64,000 nt of DNA from assembly GCF_036321535.1 (NCBI RefSeq), contig NC_087452.1, forward strand, positions 41,664,001-41,728,000. The letters run 5' to 3'. The translations under genes and the position numbers were made by a program. The notes beneath the pieces are model-generated. The model was not told where the DNA came from and made no database searches. It saw only the letters and a list, made by a program, of their open reading frames with translations. This stretch comes from Camelus dromedarius. Taxonomy: Eukaryota. This document shows, piece by piece, positions 62,450 through 64,000 of the stretch; positions within the stretch are counted from its first letter, which is position 1, and each line of letters begins with the position of its first letter.

Positions 62450-63235
62450 GAATGGCCGTCATTCAAAAGTCAACAAATGATAAATGCTGGAGAGGCTGTG
62501 GAGAAAAGAGAACCCTCCTACACTGCTGGTGGCAATGCAGTTTGGTGCAGCCACTATGGAAAACAGTAGACTCAGAAGACTAGGAATAGACTTACCATAT
62601 GACCCAGGAATCCTGCTCCTGGGCATATATCCAGAAGGAACCCTACTGCAAAANNNNNNNNNNNNNNNNNNNNNNNNNNNNNNNNNNNNNNNNNNNNNNN
62701 NNNNNNNNNNNNNNNNNNNNNNNNNNNNNNNNNNNNNNNNNNNNNNNNNNNNNNNNNNNNNNNNNNNNNNNNNNNNNNNNNNNNNNNNNNNNNNNNNNNN
62801 NNNNNNNNCATTTGCAGCAACATGGATGTTCCTGGAGAATGTCATTCTAAGTGAAGTAAGCCAGAAAGAGAAAGAAAAATGCCATATGAGATCACTCATA
62901 TGTGGAATCTAAAAAAAAACATAAATACAAAACAGAAACAGACTCATAGACATAGAATACAAACTTGTAGTTGCCAAGGGGGCGGGGGGTGGGAAGGGGC
63001 AGACTGGGATTTCAAAATGTAGAATATATAAACAAGATTATATTGTATAGCACAGAGAAATATATACAAGATCTTGTGGTAGCTCACAGCGAAAAAAAAA
63101 AGTGACAATATACGTATGTTCATGTATAACTGAAAAATTATGCTTTACCCTGGAATTTGACACAACATTGTAAAATGACTATTACTCAATAAAAATATGT
63201 TAAAATAAATAAATAAATAAACAAATAAATAAATA
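62450..63235 (+). mobile_element. Relatively young L1 3' end, 5'-truncated, N-gapped
   Basis: ORF2 C-terminal residues (PYDPGILLLGIYP, FAATWM), 3' UTR, (AAAT)n tail; TSD-like aaaactactgaaata / aaaaccattgaaata at about 62435 and 63236. Confidence 0.93.
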
Positions 63236-63308
63236 AAAACCATTGAAATAATGTTAGACCAAGTAACGTGGACAAACTCTCCTGCTGAGAACAAGAAAAG
63301 CTGGAAAT

Positions 63309-63446
63309 GGGAGTTTGAGATTTGCAGATACTAACTACTACCTACAAAATAGATAAACAAGTTTATACTGTATGGTGCAGGGAACTACATTCAGTATCTT
63401 GTAGCAACCTATAATGGAAAAGAAGATGAAAACGAAAAAAAAAAAA
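63309..63446 (+). mobile_element. Short L1 3' UTR fragment with A-tail
   Basis: gggagtttgagatttgcagatac...gggaactacattcagtatcttgta; aaaagctggaaa repeated on both sides (TSD). Confidence 0.82.
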
Positions 63447-64000
63447 AGCTGGAAAATTTTTCTAAAAATTCTAAAATTTTTCTAAAAATTTCTAAAAAGT
63501 TACGGAGACTTAGCAGGCAGAGGAGAATAACGGAGCCAAGATTCAGGAGAAAAGAGAAGTCCAGAGAGGTGAGCCTGGCATGTGGGGACATTCTTACTCT
63601 AGGAATGCCTGCCATTTCTGGAAGAGCTAAAGCCTGAGAAGTATTCTGGACAGCTTGTGGAACCAGAGAAACTAAAATTGGGGTCCCACGCCCAAAGTGC
63701 TATTCCCTAAGAGTGAAAATGAATGACAAGCAGACTGGTCCTCACCAGGGCAGAAGCCCTCTAGGCCCCTGAAACTGGGTTACTGTGACAACAAACACAC
63801 TGCAGGTGCCTCAGGGCCCTGCCAGGAGAAAGAGAAATTCTCCCTAAAGGTATACAACACGCTCCAAGGCCTCAAGTTATTTTTGTACATTTTCACCTTG
63901 ATGTCTGGCACTCAACAGAAACTAACCAGGTATACGAAGATGTAAGACAATATGAATGGATTCCAAGTAAAAAAAACCAGGCAATAGAAACAAACTCACA

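Noticed and set aside
63455-63498. Short tandem (TCTAAAAATT)-like repeat
   Set aside because: Low-complexity slippage next to an L1 tail; no spacers, so not CRISPR-like.

Overview
Mammalian genomic DNA, very probably camelid (about ten Vic-1-like tRNA-derived SINEs). It holds the 3' part of the minus-strand CTDSPL gene (SCP3/RBSP3 small CTD phosphatase). I resolved seven coding exons with GT-AG boundaries and consistent phase (33440-33594, 26630-26662, 20777-20878, 17705-17761, 14244-14336, 10031-10216, 6384-6509), a 3' UTR of about 3.5 kb ending near an AATAAA at 2852-2857, and the intronic miR-26a-1 hairpin (16113-16189, minus). Exon 1 lies beyond the right edge; exon numbers assume human CTDSPL structure. 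The rest is intron or intergenic DNA rich in L1, L2, MIR, MaLR LTR, hAT MITE and SINE relics, with ten N runs, nine of them inside L1s. Apart from ORFs overlapping these exons or L1 ORF2, no ORF-track entry looks like a real gene. I found no new multi-gene system. The best unexplained signal is a candidate in-frame 9-nt microexon (22928-22936). Other leads: miRNA seed clusters in the UTR, a tandem GATA array, a palindromic triple E-box, a 56-bp dispersed duplication and a nested inverted SINE pair. Repeat family names come from recalled consensus sequences and repeat boundaries are approximate.
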